The notes under the pieces were generated by a model. The model did no database searches, was not told the origin of the DNA, and saw nothing but the letters and a program-made list of their open reading frames with translations. From positions 2,046-66,045 of the forward strand of contig CAZNOH010000004.1 of NCBI GenBank assembly GCA_964574655.1: a stretch of 64,000 bases of DNA, written 5' to 3'. Origin of the DNA: an uncultured Candidatus Saccharibacteria bacterium (GTDB taxonomy: Bacteria; Patescibacteriota; JABMPQ01; JAQVVF01). How positions within the stretch are numbered: position 1 is the stretch's first letter; every line of letters begins with the position of its first letter. Shown one piece after another: positions 38,207-48,023 of this stretch. The translations under genes were made by a program, and so were the position numbers.

Positions 38207-38247
38207 GCCCCCCCCACACACACCCGCACCTTTCTACCCGCCCTTTG

Positions 38248-38277
38248 AAACCGATTGCATTCTGCAGTCGGTTTTTT
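38248..38277 (+). terminator. Intrinsic terminator
   Basis: AAACCGATTGCA-TTC-TGCAGTCGGTTT-TTT. Confidence 0.75.
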
Positions 38278-38346
38278 CTTGGGAAAAATTTTGAAAATAA
38301 AAATGCCCGACCTGTAAGATTGGACAAAATTTAATTATTTAAAAAC

Positions 38347-39759
38347 TTATTTTTTAACTGGTGTTAAAACTGTAAACAAATAATCTTTAAATTTTGTTTT
38401 TATATTCTCTATTGTTCCAAGTTCTAATACTTTCAAAGAATCAATTTCTTTTTGCGAAACCCATGATGGAAGTGGCAGGCCTTGGCACAATGTAAAAATA
38501 TGAGATAAAAACGTTGTAGCGTAGGCGCCTTTGTGCAGATCAAAAGAAATTGCTACTCCCTCTTCTAAACAGCAAAATGAATTGATTGTTGGAATTAATT
38601 TTGATGGCACTTCAGAATGCTTTAGCCAGATGAATGGAAATGGCTTTAAATTTTTGACAAAATAATTTGTTTTATCAAAAGTTAATAAATCATTATAGAA
38701 ATTTTGATCAGAACTATTAGTGCTTAAAAACAAAGGAAATTTTTGTGGCAAGCTAATATTATTTCTAACAAACTGAGACATTTTTTTGTTGAATAAATAG
38801 CTCCCATAGGCATAGACCCATAATCTTACTTGATCTTTAATAGTAGTTAAAGCTTGAATGTATTCATCTTTATTCTTGCTTAGATATTTTAAAACCTTGA
38901 TTTCATTCTGGAAAGTATGTGGAAGCTGTTCATAAATTTTTAAAATTTTGTCCCACTGGCCGTAAATTAATTTTGCTTGATCACGGAATTCTTGAACAAG
39001 CGGAATTTCATTTTTGCCTTGAGCAACTAATAAAGCCTTAACAGCCAATTCATATTCTCCACGGCAAACTATAATGCCAAGCTTGTGAGCAATCCCCCTG
39101 CTTCCTCCAAATCTTTGACTGCCGAAAAAATTATAGAAACCGCTAGTTTTAATTTTTTTTATTTTTTCATACAGAGAATTTGGGTTGTACAAATTTTGTG
39201 TTCGGATAAAAATAGTAAATCTATTTCCTTGTAAATTGCCTGGCTGTAATGCACCCTTGCCCAAGACAATGTTTTTCAAAATTATACCAGGTATTTTTAA
39301 TTCTTTGATTTTGCTCAAAGCCACTTGTCGAAAGCTTAATCTTTGAGAAGTAACGGCAATAGCATCTTTTAGTCCAGCATGTCCGATTTGTTTTTGTTCA
39401 ATTCCTAATGATTTTGCAATTCGCTCAATTGCGACCAATGTTGAAACTCCAACTTTGATCATGTCAGCATAGACTGTCTCGCCTTCTTGATCAATTAAGT
39501 TTTTGTCATTTTCTGGATCAATTGTGGTAATTCTGCCATCTTGAGTAATCTCTTCAACGATAAAATCAACTGGTGAAAAACGCAAAAAACCCAAAGACAA
39601 GTCAGAAATAATTTCAATACCAAAGTCTTGGAGTAATTTTTGATCTTCGGTGATTGGATTTTGCCTTTCTAACTTTTTTGGGTTTTCTTTTCTAGCTTTT
39701 TCAAGAAAATCACATTCCTTCAACCAAGCATCGTACGATGTTTGATTTTGATTTTCCAT
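38347..39759 (-). CDS. truD: tRNA pseudouridine(13) synthase
   Basis: DFIVEEI, GHAGLKDAIAVTSQ, GNLQGNRF, NFFGSQRFG, FDLHKGAYAT. Confidence 0.9.
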   Translation of the reverse strand: MENQNQTSYDAWLKECDFLEKARKENPKKLERQNPITEDQKLLQDFGIEIISDLSLGFLRFSPVDFIVEEITQDGRITTIDPENDKNLIDQEGETVYADMIKVGVSTLVAIERIAKSLGIEQKQIGHAGLKDAIAVTSQRLSFRQVALSKIKELKIPGIILKNIVLGKGALQPGNLQGNRFTIFIRTQNLYNPNSLYEKIKKIKTSGFYNFFGSQRFGGSRGIAHKLGIIVCRGEYELAVKALLVAQGKNEIPLVQEFRDQAKLIYGQWDKILKIYEQLPHTFQNEIKVLKYLSKNKDEYIQALTTIKDQVRLWVYAYGSYLFNKKMSQFVRNNISLPQKFPLFLSTNSSDQNFYNDLLTFDKTNYFVKNLKPFPFIWLKHSEVPSKLIPTINSFCCLEEGVAISFDLHKGAYATTFLSHIFTLCQGLPLPSWVSQKEIDSLKVLELGTIENIKTKFKDYLFTVLTPVKK

Positions 39760-39779
39760 TATATTTTATTATTTATTAT

Positions 39780-39853
39780 TCCGGCCTGAAGGCCGGACCA
39801 CAAACAAGATAAATACATTTTTCACCAAGTCGTGGGCCAGGCTTTAGCCTGGC
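39780..39853. repeat. Inverted pair of GTGG-headed REP palindromes
   Basis: CCGGCCTGAAGGCCGGACCAC and GTGGGCCAGGCTTTAGCCTGGC. Confidence 0.6.
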
Positions 39854-39861
39854 AATTTTAT

Positions 39862-40599
39862 TTATCTTGGATTTTGTGTTGGAAATTTTTTAACGCTACC
39901 AACTTCTAGCTCTGGTTCTTTATGACTTTCTTTTATAGCTTCAGCAAAAGTATCAGCCATAAGTTGTATAATTTTGATAGCATCGTCATTGCATGGAACT
40001 GGATAATTAATGATTTCTGGATTTGCATTTGCATCAACTAAAGCAATCGTAGGAATGCCTATTACTATCGCTTCTTTCACTGCAGATTTATTGTCCATTA
40101 CATCTATAAAGAATAATGCTTCTGGCAATTTGTCTAAATTCTTTAAGCCACCGATTTTTTGATTTAATTTTTCTATATCTTCTAGCATTAATTGTTTTTC
40201 GTATTTTGTATAATTCTTTTCCATTTCTCCAGTTTCTTTTTGCTTTTCTAGTGTTCTTAATTTTTGAATTAAATTATGGATTGTTTTGAAATTTGTCAAA
40301 GTTCCACCAAGCCATCTTGTTGTAACATAAGGCATATTGCATGAAATAGCTGCTTTTTTTACAATTTCTTTGCCTTGTCTTTTTGTACAGATAAAAACAA
40401 TTTTTCCACCTTTGCTCGTGATTTGTGTAACGTAATCCAATGCTTTTCCAAGCATTTCTTTAGTTTTTGAAAGATTGATAATATAAACGCCTTCTTTTTT
40501 AGTGAAGACATAATCTTTCATTCTTGGATCCCACTTTGCTGCCTTGTGGCCAAAATGAGCGCCGGCTTTTAGTAATTCTTGGATTGTTGGAGTTTTCAT
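39862..40599 (-). CDS. rpsB: 30S ribosomal protein S2
   Basis: AGAHFGH, RWLGGTLTN, VPCNDDAI. Confidence 0.97.
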   Translation of the reverse strand: MKTPTIQELLKAGAHFGHKAAKWDPRMKDYVFTKKEGVYIINLSKTKEMLGKALDYVTQITSKGGKIVFICTKRQGKEIVKKAAISCNMPYVTTRWLGGTLTNFKTIHNLIQKLRTLEKQKETGEMEKNYTKYEKQLMLEDIEKLNQKIGGLKNLDKLPEALFFIDVMDNKSAVKEAIVIGIPTIALVDANANPEIINYPVPCNDDAIKIIQLMADTFAEAIKESHKEPELEVGSVKKFPTQNPR

Positions 40600-40727
40600 A
40601 ATAATTCTTAATAATTAAATTATACTTTATAAATATTATATTAACAAAACTTCACGCATCCGCCTACGCTCTGCGGAGCTATGGCGGATAAAAAAAATTC
40701 GCCCATGGCGAACTAAGAAATTTGTCC

Positions 40728-40825
40728 TTAGTCCGCCGTTTTCGTCATCCCATATTACCACCCAGCACATAAATACGTTATGTGCATGGGAGGAAGGTAA
40801 ATGGTCAGAAAACGTGTGGTGTATT
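40728..40825 (-). ncRNA. rpsB leader (t44-like S2 autoregulatory RNA)
   Basis: Minus strand CACACGTTTTC...GGGTGGTAATATGGGATGACGAAAACGGCGGA upstream of rpsB; promoter TTGCCA-17-TATATT at 40889-40861. Confidence 0.65.
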
Positions 40826-40928
40826 AGTCAGCTGTTATAATTTAACAGTAACTTGAAATAAATATAACATGATAAAATAATTTTGGCAAGAGAAATAAAA
40901 AAGACCGGTAAACCGATCTAAAATGAAC

Positions 40929-41375
40929 TTATTGAACTGCTCGAACTCCAATGGAAATTTTTTGCTTTGACGGAGCAGATGTGCTCTGATTTTCTATAAA
41001 GATTTTGGCAACTATCCAATCGTTTCTTCGGCTGTATGAAGTCCAGAGGTAGGTTGTTGCATCTTCCTTGTCATGCCTATAAATTTGTTTATCTTGATCT
41101 GGAAATTCAATGCTGATTGCATAATTTTCTGGTGCTTTGACAACGAATGTATACCAGCGCTTGAAGAATACAATAGGAATAGCCAAACAGGCTGGAATCT
41201 TTTGGTTATCAATTTCAACCAAAATATATGGCGACTGGACATTGACATATGGCTCAACAACTTGACAGCCTGTCTTTTTCAAATACTGCTTGACTACTTC
41301 TGGAACTACTACTTTTTGAGCGAAAGCTTCGGTTGCTAAAAGGAACACACACAAAGCAATCAGTCTGATAAGCAT
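40929..41375 (-). CDS. Hypothetical secreted protein
   Basis: Signal peptide ending AFA; GAGGAGG SD; TTGACA-17-TACAAT promoter. Confidence 0.7.
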   Translation of the reverse strand: MLIRLIALCVFLLATEAFAQKVVVPEVVKQYLKKTGCQVVEPYVNVQSPYILVEIDNQKIPACLAIPIVFFKRWYTFVVKAPENYAISIEFPDQDKQIYRHDKEDATTYLWTSYSRRNDWIVAKIFIENQSTSAPSKQKISIGVRAVQ

Positions 41376-41444
41376 CTCTCTCCTCCTCTTTCTGACTGTG
41401 AATGGGACCTTTTATTGTATTATAAATTCAACTAATTGTCAAGT

Positions 41445-42161
41445 CTAATCCTTTTTCGCAATCGTAATCAGATTATAACCGTTCCTCCAATTTGATCTTT
41501 CACCTTTCTTAACATAATACTGCTCTTCAACTTTGAAGCCTGTACTTTGTAATAAACTTGCTAATTCTTTCTTAGTAAAAGCATGATAATAGCGATCAAC
41601 AACTCCAAAGCGAGCTTTCCAAGGCATGTAAACGTCCTTCAAATCTAATTCTCGATGCTTGCCAGCAACACTTGAAAAAGAATATTTTAATGTCTGCCAG
41701 AAATATTTTGCTTGAAAGAGATTCCAGTTGGTCATTAATAAATAGCTATTTGGCTTCAAAATATGATGAAAATCTCTTAGAACTTGCAAACGCAATTCTT
41801 TAGATGGAATGTGCTGATATGCAGCAACGCAGAAAATTATGTCAAAAGTTTCTGTTTCAAAATGTAAATCCAACAACTCCATTTGTCTAAAATTTCCAAA
41901 TTGATATTTAGTTTTAGCTTCATTAATCAAAGCATAGCTATTATCAACGCCAAGATATTTAATATTTTTATTCTTCAACAATTGATAAAGACGGCCATTG
42001 CCACATCCTGCATCAAGGATGTTTTGATTGGGCTTTACAAATTTCATTAAATCTTCTAATTCTTGCCACGAAAAAGCACGAGTTGCAGAGAATTCTTTGG
42101 CTAAAGATTTGTAATCTTGCTTTGTTTTATCGATTAATTTTTGGGCATATTCTTTTTGCAT
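41445..42161 (-). CDS. Class I SAM methyltransferase, Trm9/ALKBH8-like
   Basis: FSATR..W, LDAGCGNGR, AAYQHIPS..LRLQVL, RYYHAFTKKEL. Confidence 0.75.
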   Translation of the reverse strand: MQKEYAQKLIDKTKQDYKSLAKEFSATRAFSWQELEDLMKFVKPNQNILDAGCGNGRLYQLLKNKNIKYLGVDNSYALINEAKTKYQFGNFRQMELLDLHFETETFDIIFCVAAYQHIPSKELRLQVLRDFHHILKPNSYLLMTNWNLFQAKYFWQTLKYSFSSVAGKHRELDLKDVYMPWKARFGVVDRYYHAFTKKELASLLQSTGFKVEEQYYVKKGERSNWRNGYNLITIAKKD

Positions 42162-42261
42162 AAAGGTAAAAGTAAAAAATAAAAAGGAAAAAGTTACAAT
42201 TCAAAAGTAAAAAAAACTGACGTTGACAAGAATGGCTTAATGTTATATTCTTGGTAGAACT

Positions 42262-43872
42262 ATGAAACCAACAGAAGAATTAATAATTAAAACTTTAAAA
42301 AAAAAATCTTTTTTAAGATCCAAATTTGAATTGGAAAAAAGAAAAATTTCTAAAAAATATAAATGCGAGTTACCTACTAATATTTTAATATTATCAGTTT
42401 ATCGCGATTTAATCAAAAAGAAAAAAAATAAGCCTAACAAAAATTTTGAAGAATTATTAAAAAAACAAAAAACTAGAACATTATCTGGCATTGCTTCAAT
42501 TGCAATTTTTACAAAACCATACAAATGTCCTGGCAAATGTTTGTATTGTCCAAGTCAACCGAAAATGCCAAAAAGCTATTTGAATGATGAGCCAGCAGTA
42601 ATGCGGGCAATTCTTTGTAACTATTCGCCTAAAAAACAGATTGAAACAAGATTAGAAGCTTTGAATATCTGCGGACACAAGACTGACAAAATTGAATTAA
42701 TTATTATGGGTGGATCATGGAGCGCATTTCCGAAGTCTTATCAAAACAATTTTGTTTGGCGATGCTTTAAGACGGCAAATGAATTTAATCATGGAGTTAA
42801 AAGTTATAAGTTAAAAGTTAAAAGTAACTTAACGACTGAACAAAAACGCAATGAAAAAGCGAAACATAGAATTATTGGAATGACTCTTGAGACAAGACCA
42901 GATTTGATTGATGAAAAAGAAGTAATCAGAATGCGAAAACTTGGCGCAACAAGAGTTGAGCTTGGTGTACAAAGTGTCTATGATGATGTTCTAAAATTCA
43001 ATAATCGCGGACATCTTGTTGCTAGAACAATTTTGGCGACTAAACTTTTGAAAGACGCTGGATTTAAAATCAACTATCATATGATGCCGAATTTGCCAAA
43101 AAGTAATAAAGAAAAAGATCTGCAAATGTTCGAAGAATTATTTTCTAATTCTTCTTTTCAGCCAGACATGTTAAAAATATATCCTTGCGTTTTAACTAAG
43201 AATTCTAAATTATTTAAAGTTTGGAAGGCCGGAAACTATAAACCTTACAATGACAAAGAAATTGTTGATTTGTTAATTAAGATTAAACAGAATATTCCTA
43301 AATATGTAAGGATAATGAGATTAGGTCGCGATATACCAGCAAATGATATTGTTGCTGGAAATAAAATGTCTAATATTAGACAAGTTGTTCATGCAAAGAT
43401 GATTGAACAAAATTTGATTTGTAAGTGCATAAGATGCAGAGAAATAAAGAACGAAATATTGAATATTAAATATTTAATATTAAGAAGACATGATTATTTT
43501 GCGTCTGGAGGCAAAGAAATATTTTTAAGTTTTGAAGATATCAAATTAAACAAAATTTTGGCTTATTTGAGACTCAGGATCCCTTCTCAATATTTTAGTC
43601 ATGAAAAACATTTCGTTAAAGTTTTAAATAATTGTGCTATAATAAGAGAATTGAAAAGTTTAGGTCAGATGGTGGAGATTAATCAGAAAAATAAAAAAGC
43701 ATCTCAGCATAAAGGCTTGGGTAAAAAGTTGATGCGAGAAGCAGAAAAAATTATAATAAAAGAATTTAAGCTAGATAAAATTGCTGTAATTTCCGGAGTT
43801 GGAGTGAGAGGTTATTATAAAAAGCAAGGATATAAATTCAAAGATAGCTACATGATTAAAAATATAAAATAA
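42262..43872 (+). CDS. elp3: Elp3-like radical SAM/acetyltransferase (tRNA U34 carboxymethylation)
   Basis: RTLSG, CPGKCLYCP, ETRPD, RVELGVQS, HMMPNLP, KIYP, CKCIRCRE, QHKGLGKKLM, VISGVGVRGYY. Confidence 0.9.
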   Translation: MKPTEELIIKTLKKKSFLRSKFELEKRKISKKYKCELPTNILILSVYRDLIKKKKNKPNKNFEELLKKQKTRTLSGIASIAIFTKPYKCPGKCLYCPSQPKMPKSYLNDEPAVMRAILCNYSPKKQIETRLEALNICGHKTDKIELIIMGGSWSAFPKSYQNNFVWRCFKTANEFNHGVKSYKLKVKSNLTTEQKRNEKAKHRIIGMTLETRPDLIDEKEVIRMRKLGATRVELGVQSVYDDVLKFNNRGHLVARTILATKLLKDAGFKINYHMMPNLPKSNKEKDLQMFEELFSNSSFQPDMLKIYPCVLTKNSKLFKVWKAGNYKPYNDKEIVDLLIKIKQNIPKYVRIMRLGRDIPANDIVAGNKMSNIRQVVHAKMIEQNLICKCIRCREIKNEILNIKYLILRRHDYFASGGKEIFLSFEDIKLNKILAYLRLRIPSQYFSHEKHFVKVLNNCAIIRELKSLGQMVEINQKNKKASQHKGLGKKLMREAEKIIIKEFKLDKIAVISGVGVRGYYKKQGYKFKDSYMIKNIK

Positions 43873-43920
43873 ATTTGTTCTTTTAAATTTGGAGAAAGAG
43901 AACCCAAGCAGGAGGGAAAG

Positions 43921-45021
43921 ATGACGACATGCGAACGGCATCCTGAATCAAGACAAACTTTTTGTTTTTTCTGCGGAGAATATGGATGCTCGAAATGTAT
44001 GGCAAGAATTGGAAAGCACAACATCTGTGGAAAATGTGCAAAACAACTCCATGAAGCAATTACTCCGCATCAATTGGCAATCTTTTCCGGTCGGTCCAAT
44101 GAGCCTTTGGCACAAAGAGTTTGTTCTATTCTAGGTATTCCTTTGGGACAAATGCGTTTTAAGGATTTTGAAGGCTCAGAAATGCGTCCACAATTTTTGG
44201 AGAATATCAGAGGTAAGAGAGTATTTATTTTGCAACCAACTGTTGCCGGCGAAGATGCAATTGGTGCAAAAATGCGTGAAGAACTTTTATTAATGGTTCG
44301 AGCTGCAAAACAGGCTTCTGCCCAAGAAGTTTGCGTTGTAATTCCAGATTTTGCATATCAACGACAAGAGCGAAAAACACAAGCAAGAATTGCAATTTCC
44401 GCTCGACTAATGGTTGATCTTCTTGAAACTGCCGGTGCTGATAGATTTGTTTTCCTCGATCTTCATGCTGGGGCAATACAAGGCTTTACTTCTAAGCCTG
44501 CTGACCATCTCTGGGCTACTCCGCTACTGTTGAAAGAAGCTTTAGCCGATCATGTTGCTCCTGGACAAACAGTTTTTCTGACTGATGCAGGTTATGCCAA
44601 AGTTGTCAGTGCGTATGCAAGAAAATTTGGAGTTGATTTTGCAGTTGCCCATAAAGAAGGAAGAGACAAAAAAGATGATCAAATTGATAGCATCAGAATT
44701 GTTGGCGATGTACGTGGAAAAATAGTAGTAATCATTGATGATATCGTTAAATCAGCAAAAACGATGATTGAAATGGCAAAGGCTTGCTTGAGAGATGGAG
44801 CAATAAAAGTTGTTGGCGCAGGAATTCATGGAGAATTGACAGAAGGTGCGGCTGAAAGAATTGAACTTTCTTGTTTGGAATTTTTGGCTATTACTGATAC
44901 TGTTCATATTTCTGACAAAAAACGCAATAAGAAAATTGTGATAGTGTCTACAGATAAGCTAATTGCTCAAGCAATCAAAGCAATTTACGAGTATGGATCA
45001 GTTTCTGAACTTTTTGACTAG
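43921..45021 (+). CDS. prs: Ribose-phosphate pyrophosphokinase with N-terminal B-box-like zinc finger
   Basis: FSGRSNEPLA, ENIRGK, YQRQERK, DLHAGAIQGF, IIDDI, SVSELF; N-terminal CxxH...CxxC...CxxC...CxxC. Confidence 0.88.
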   Translation: MTTCERHPESRQTFCFFCGEYGCSKCMARIGKHNICGKCAKQLHEAITPHQLAIFSGRSNEPLAQRVCSILGIPLGQMRFKDFEGSEMRPQFLENIRGKRVFILQPTVAGEDAIGAKMREELLLMVRAAKQASAQEVCVVIPDFAYQRQERKTQARIAISARLMVDLLETAGADRFVFLDLHAGAIQGFTSKPADHLWATPLLLKEALADHVAPGQTVFLTDAGYAKVVSAYARKFGVDFAVAHKEGRDKKDDQIDSIRIVGDVRGKIVVIIDDIVKSAKTMIEMAKACLRDGAIKVVGAGIHGELTEGAAERIELSCLEFLAITDTVHISDKKRNKKIVIVSTDKLIAQAIKAIYEYGSVSELFD

Positions 45022-45193
45022 TTAACCGCTTTTACGCGGTTTTTTTATTTACCATTGGCTTGTTAAAAGTCTATAAATTATGCATTTTTACCGACTAAAT
45101 ACATAATCTTAGAATATCGAACAAAGCCTAATTTTTTGCATAAACTTCTAACTGGCCTTGCAATTTATTATATTTAGTGTATAATGGTTTCAT

Positions 45194-45460
45194 ATGAAAG
45201 AAAAAATCCATCCAAAATTTGGTCCAGCAACAATCAAATGCGCTTGCGGAAACACAATCAAAACAGCATCTACAGTAAGCGAGATGAATGTTGAAATTTG
45301 TTCATCTTGCCATCCAACATTCACTGGCAAAGCAAAATTTGTTGATACTGCTGGTATGCTTGACAAATTCAAGGCTAGACAAGAAAAATCTTTGAAGCTT
45401 AAAGTTGCTAAAAAAGACAAAAAGCCAAGAATCAAAAAAGAAGCTAAAGAAAATAAATAG
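45194..45460 (+). CDS. rpmE: 50S ribosomal protein L31
   Basis: [21 protein letters not shown]. Confidence 0.97.
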   Translation: MKEKIHPKFGPATIKCACGNTIKTASTVSEMNVEICSSCHPTFTGKAKFVDTAGMLDKFKARQEKSLKLKVAKKDKKPRIKKEAKENK

Positions 45461-45601
45461 CTGATTTTTAAACAGAGTTTTTTGTTAATACTCTGTTTTT
45501 TGTTATAATAAACATGTGAAGATTAAATTGTTATATTGCCAAATTGCTAAACGTAATTTGCTTTAACAATTTAACAATTGAACAATTAAGCAATTACGAC
45601 T

Positions 45602-46666
45602 ATGGAAGAAAAATTAAAGAAAATTAGAGAAGAATACAATAAAATTAATCAGGAACTAAGCTCTTCAGAGATAGTTTCTGATAGCTTAAAATTGACAAAA
45701 TTATCTAAAAGAGCAGCCGAATTGAGACAGACTATTGATTTATTAAATAGATATGAAGAAGTTGCAAAACAGATTAAAGAAAATGAAGAATTGATTGCAT
45801 CTGAACAAGACAAAGAATTAATTGCCATGGCGACCGAAGATTTGGATGATTTGAAAATTGAATTTGAAAATTTAAGGAAAGATTTGGAAGTTGAATTATT
45901 GCCAAAAGATCCAAGTGATTCTAAAAATGCTATCATGGAAATTCGTGCTGGAGCTGGAGGAGACGAGGCAGCTTTATTTGCAGCCGAGCTTTTCAGGATG
46001 TATTCAAAATTTGCAGAAAGCAAGAATTGGAAAATAGAAATAATGGATTCTAACAGAACAGGAATCGGCGGTTTTAAGGAAATTATTTTTGTTGTAAAGG
46101 GCGATAATGTTTTCAGAACTTTAAAATATGAAAGCGGAGTGCATCGCGTTCAAAGAGTTCCAGAAACTGAAAAACAAGGCAGGATTCATACTTCAACTGT
46201 AACCGTTGTGGTCTTGCCAGAAGTTGAAGAAGTCGAATTTAGCATTGATCCAAAAGATCTAAGAATTGATGCTTTTTGTTCTCAAGGAGCAGGCGGACAA
46301 AGCGTTAACACAACCTATTCAGCAATTAGAATTACTCATATACCTACTGGTGTCACAGCTTCTTGCCAAGATGAAAGATCTCAGCAAAAAAATAAAGCGA
46401 AAGCAATGAAAGTTTTAAGATCAAGAGTGCAAAATAAACAAGAAGAAGAAAAATCACAAAAGGCTGGACAAGATCGTAAAATGCAAATTGGAACTGGAGA
46501 TAGATCAGAAAAAATTAGAACTTACAATTTTCCTCAAGATAGAGTTACTGATCACAGAATAAAATTTACAACAAAAAATTTGCCGACTGTTTTGGCTGGA
46601 AAGCTGGATCCAATATTGGATAAACTTAAAGAAGAAGATCAACGTCTCAAAATGAGTATTAGTTAA
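45602..46666 (+). CDS. prfA: Peptide chain release factor 1
   Basis: GVHRVQRVPETE (PxT), GAGGQ, RTYNFPQDR. Confidence 0.97.
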   Translation: MEEKLKKIREEYNKINQELSSSEIVSDSLKLTKLSKRAAELRQTIDLLNRYEEVAKQIKENEELIASEQDKELIAMATEDLDDLKIEFENLRKDLEVELLPKDPSDSKNAIMEIRAGAGGDEAALFAAELFRMYSKFAESKNWKIEIMDSNRTGIGGFKEIIFVVKGDNVFRTLKYESGVHRVQRVPETEKQGRIHTSTVTVVVLPEVEEVEFSIDPKDLRIDAFCSQGAGGQSVNTTYSAIRITHIPTGVTASCQDERSQQKNKAKAMKVLRSRVQNKQEEEKSQKAGQDRKMQIGTGDRSEKIRTYNFPQDRVTDHRIKFTTKNLPTVLAGKLDPILDKLKEEDQRLKMSIS

Positions 46667-46816
46667 TTTAAAAGCATTTTTTCTTAAGCCTGAATACTTC
46701 TTGATAAATTTTGCTAAGATATTCGGAAATTCTGATATTAGATATTACGTTAAAATTATTTTTAATATCTTAATTTCTTAATATCCGAATATCTAATATT
46801 TGATTTAAAAAACAAA

Positions 46817-47989
46817 ATGTTAAACCTAAAGTTGACTAAAAAGGAAATATTAAACATTGTTTTTTTGTTTGTGGGCTGGCGCTTGGTTTTGCAATTCATT
46901 GCCTTCCTTGGAAAATATCGCCTTTTTTTATCAACTGACAATGCTTATGATCACCTTTCTCCCTGGCACATTGATAAATTACCAGAATTTCTACAATATT
47001 TTGTAAAATGGGATTCTGGTTTTTATTTGGAAATCGCGGAAAAAGGATATTTTTTTGATCAAGCAAAAAATTTGTATAATGTAGCCTTCTTCCCTCTTTA
47101 TCCGTTGTTAATCAAAATATTTAGTTTTATTTTTCAATCTCGAGTAATTTCTGGAATTATTATATCAACTTTGGCTACTTTTGGCGCTTGTTTCTTTTTG
47201 TATAAACTTGCTAAACTTGAATTAAAGGATAATAATTCTGCCTTAAAATCAGTATTTTATTTTTTGATTTTTCCAACAGCTGTTTTTATAGCATCAATTT
47301 ATACTGAATCTTTATTTATATTTTTGGCAGTTGCATGTTTGTATTTTGCGAGAACAAAAAGGTTTGCGATTGCTTCATGTTTTGGTTTTTTTGCTGCTAT
47401 ATCTAGACCGATTGGCATAATTTTGTTTTTAGTTTTGATTTTGGAATATTTGGAACAGATTAATTTTAAATTCAAAGAAATTAAATTAGACATCTTGTGG
47501 ACGTTGCTTGTTCCAGCTGGTCTTTCAAGTTACATGATTTTTTTATGGATAAAGTTTAAAGATCCTTTATTATTTTTGAAAGCGCAAAATGCTTGGGATC
47601 GTAAAATTGGTTTTGATTTTTGGGGAATTTGGGTTGATCTAAAAAATCACGTTCATGACATTTTTTATCCATCACAAAATTTTGCTTTTTCGTTAAGAAA
47701 TGACTTTGAGTTTTTTTTCTTTATAACTTTTTTAATTCTGTCTATAATAGTCTTTTTTAGACTAAGAAAGTCTTATGGATTATATTGCTTTCTTGCTTTA
47801 CTAATTCCTTTTTTAACTGGCTCTCTAATTTCAATGACTAGATTCACATTAGTTTTATTTCCTGTTTTTATTTTGTTAGCTAAATTTACGATAAAGAGAG
47901 AATGGCTGAATTACTTTATAATTATGCTATTTTCAATGATGCTGAGTTTATTTACGATAATGCTTGCAAATTGGTATTGGATAGGATAA
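46817..47989 (+). CDS. GT-C mannosyltransferase (PIG-V/Mannosyl_trans2-like)
   Basis: WDSGFYLEIAEKGY, AFFPLYP, YTESLF; polytopic membrane protein. Confidence 0.82.
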   Translation: MLNLKLTKKEILNIVFLFVGWRLVLQFIAFLGKYRLFLSTDNAYDHLSPWHIDKLPEFLQYFVKWDSGFYLEIAEKGYFFDQAKNLYNVAFFPLYPLLIKIFSFIFQSRVISGIIISTLATFGACFFLYKLAKLELKDNNSALKSVFYFLIFPTAVFIASIYTESLFIFLAVACLYFARTKRFAIASCFGFFAAISRPIGIILFLVLILEYLEQINFKFKEIKLDILWTLLVPAGLSSYMIFLWIKFKDPLLFLKAQNAWDRKIGFDFWGIWVDLKNHVHDIFYPSQNFAFSLRNDFEFFFFITFLILSIIVFFRLRKSYGLYCFLALLIPFLTGSLISMTRFTLVLFPVFILLAKFTIKREWLNYFIIMLFSMMLSLFTIMLANWYWIG

Positions 47990-48023
47990 AATAAAATGCT
48001 CTCTCAAAGAAGGAGGAGAAGAG

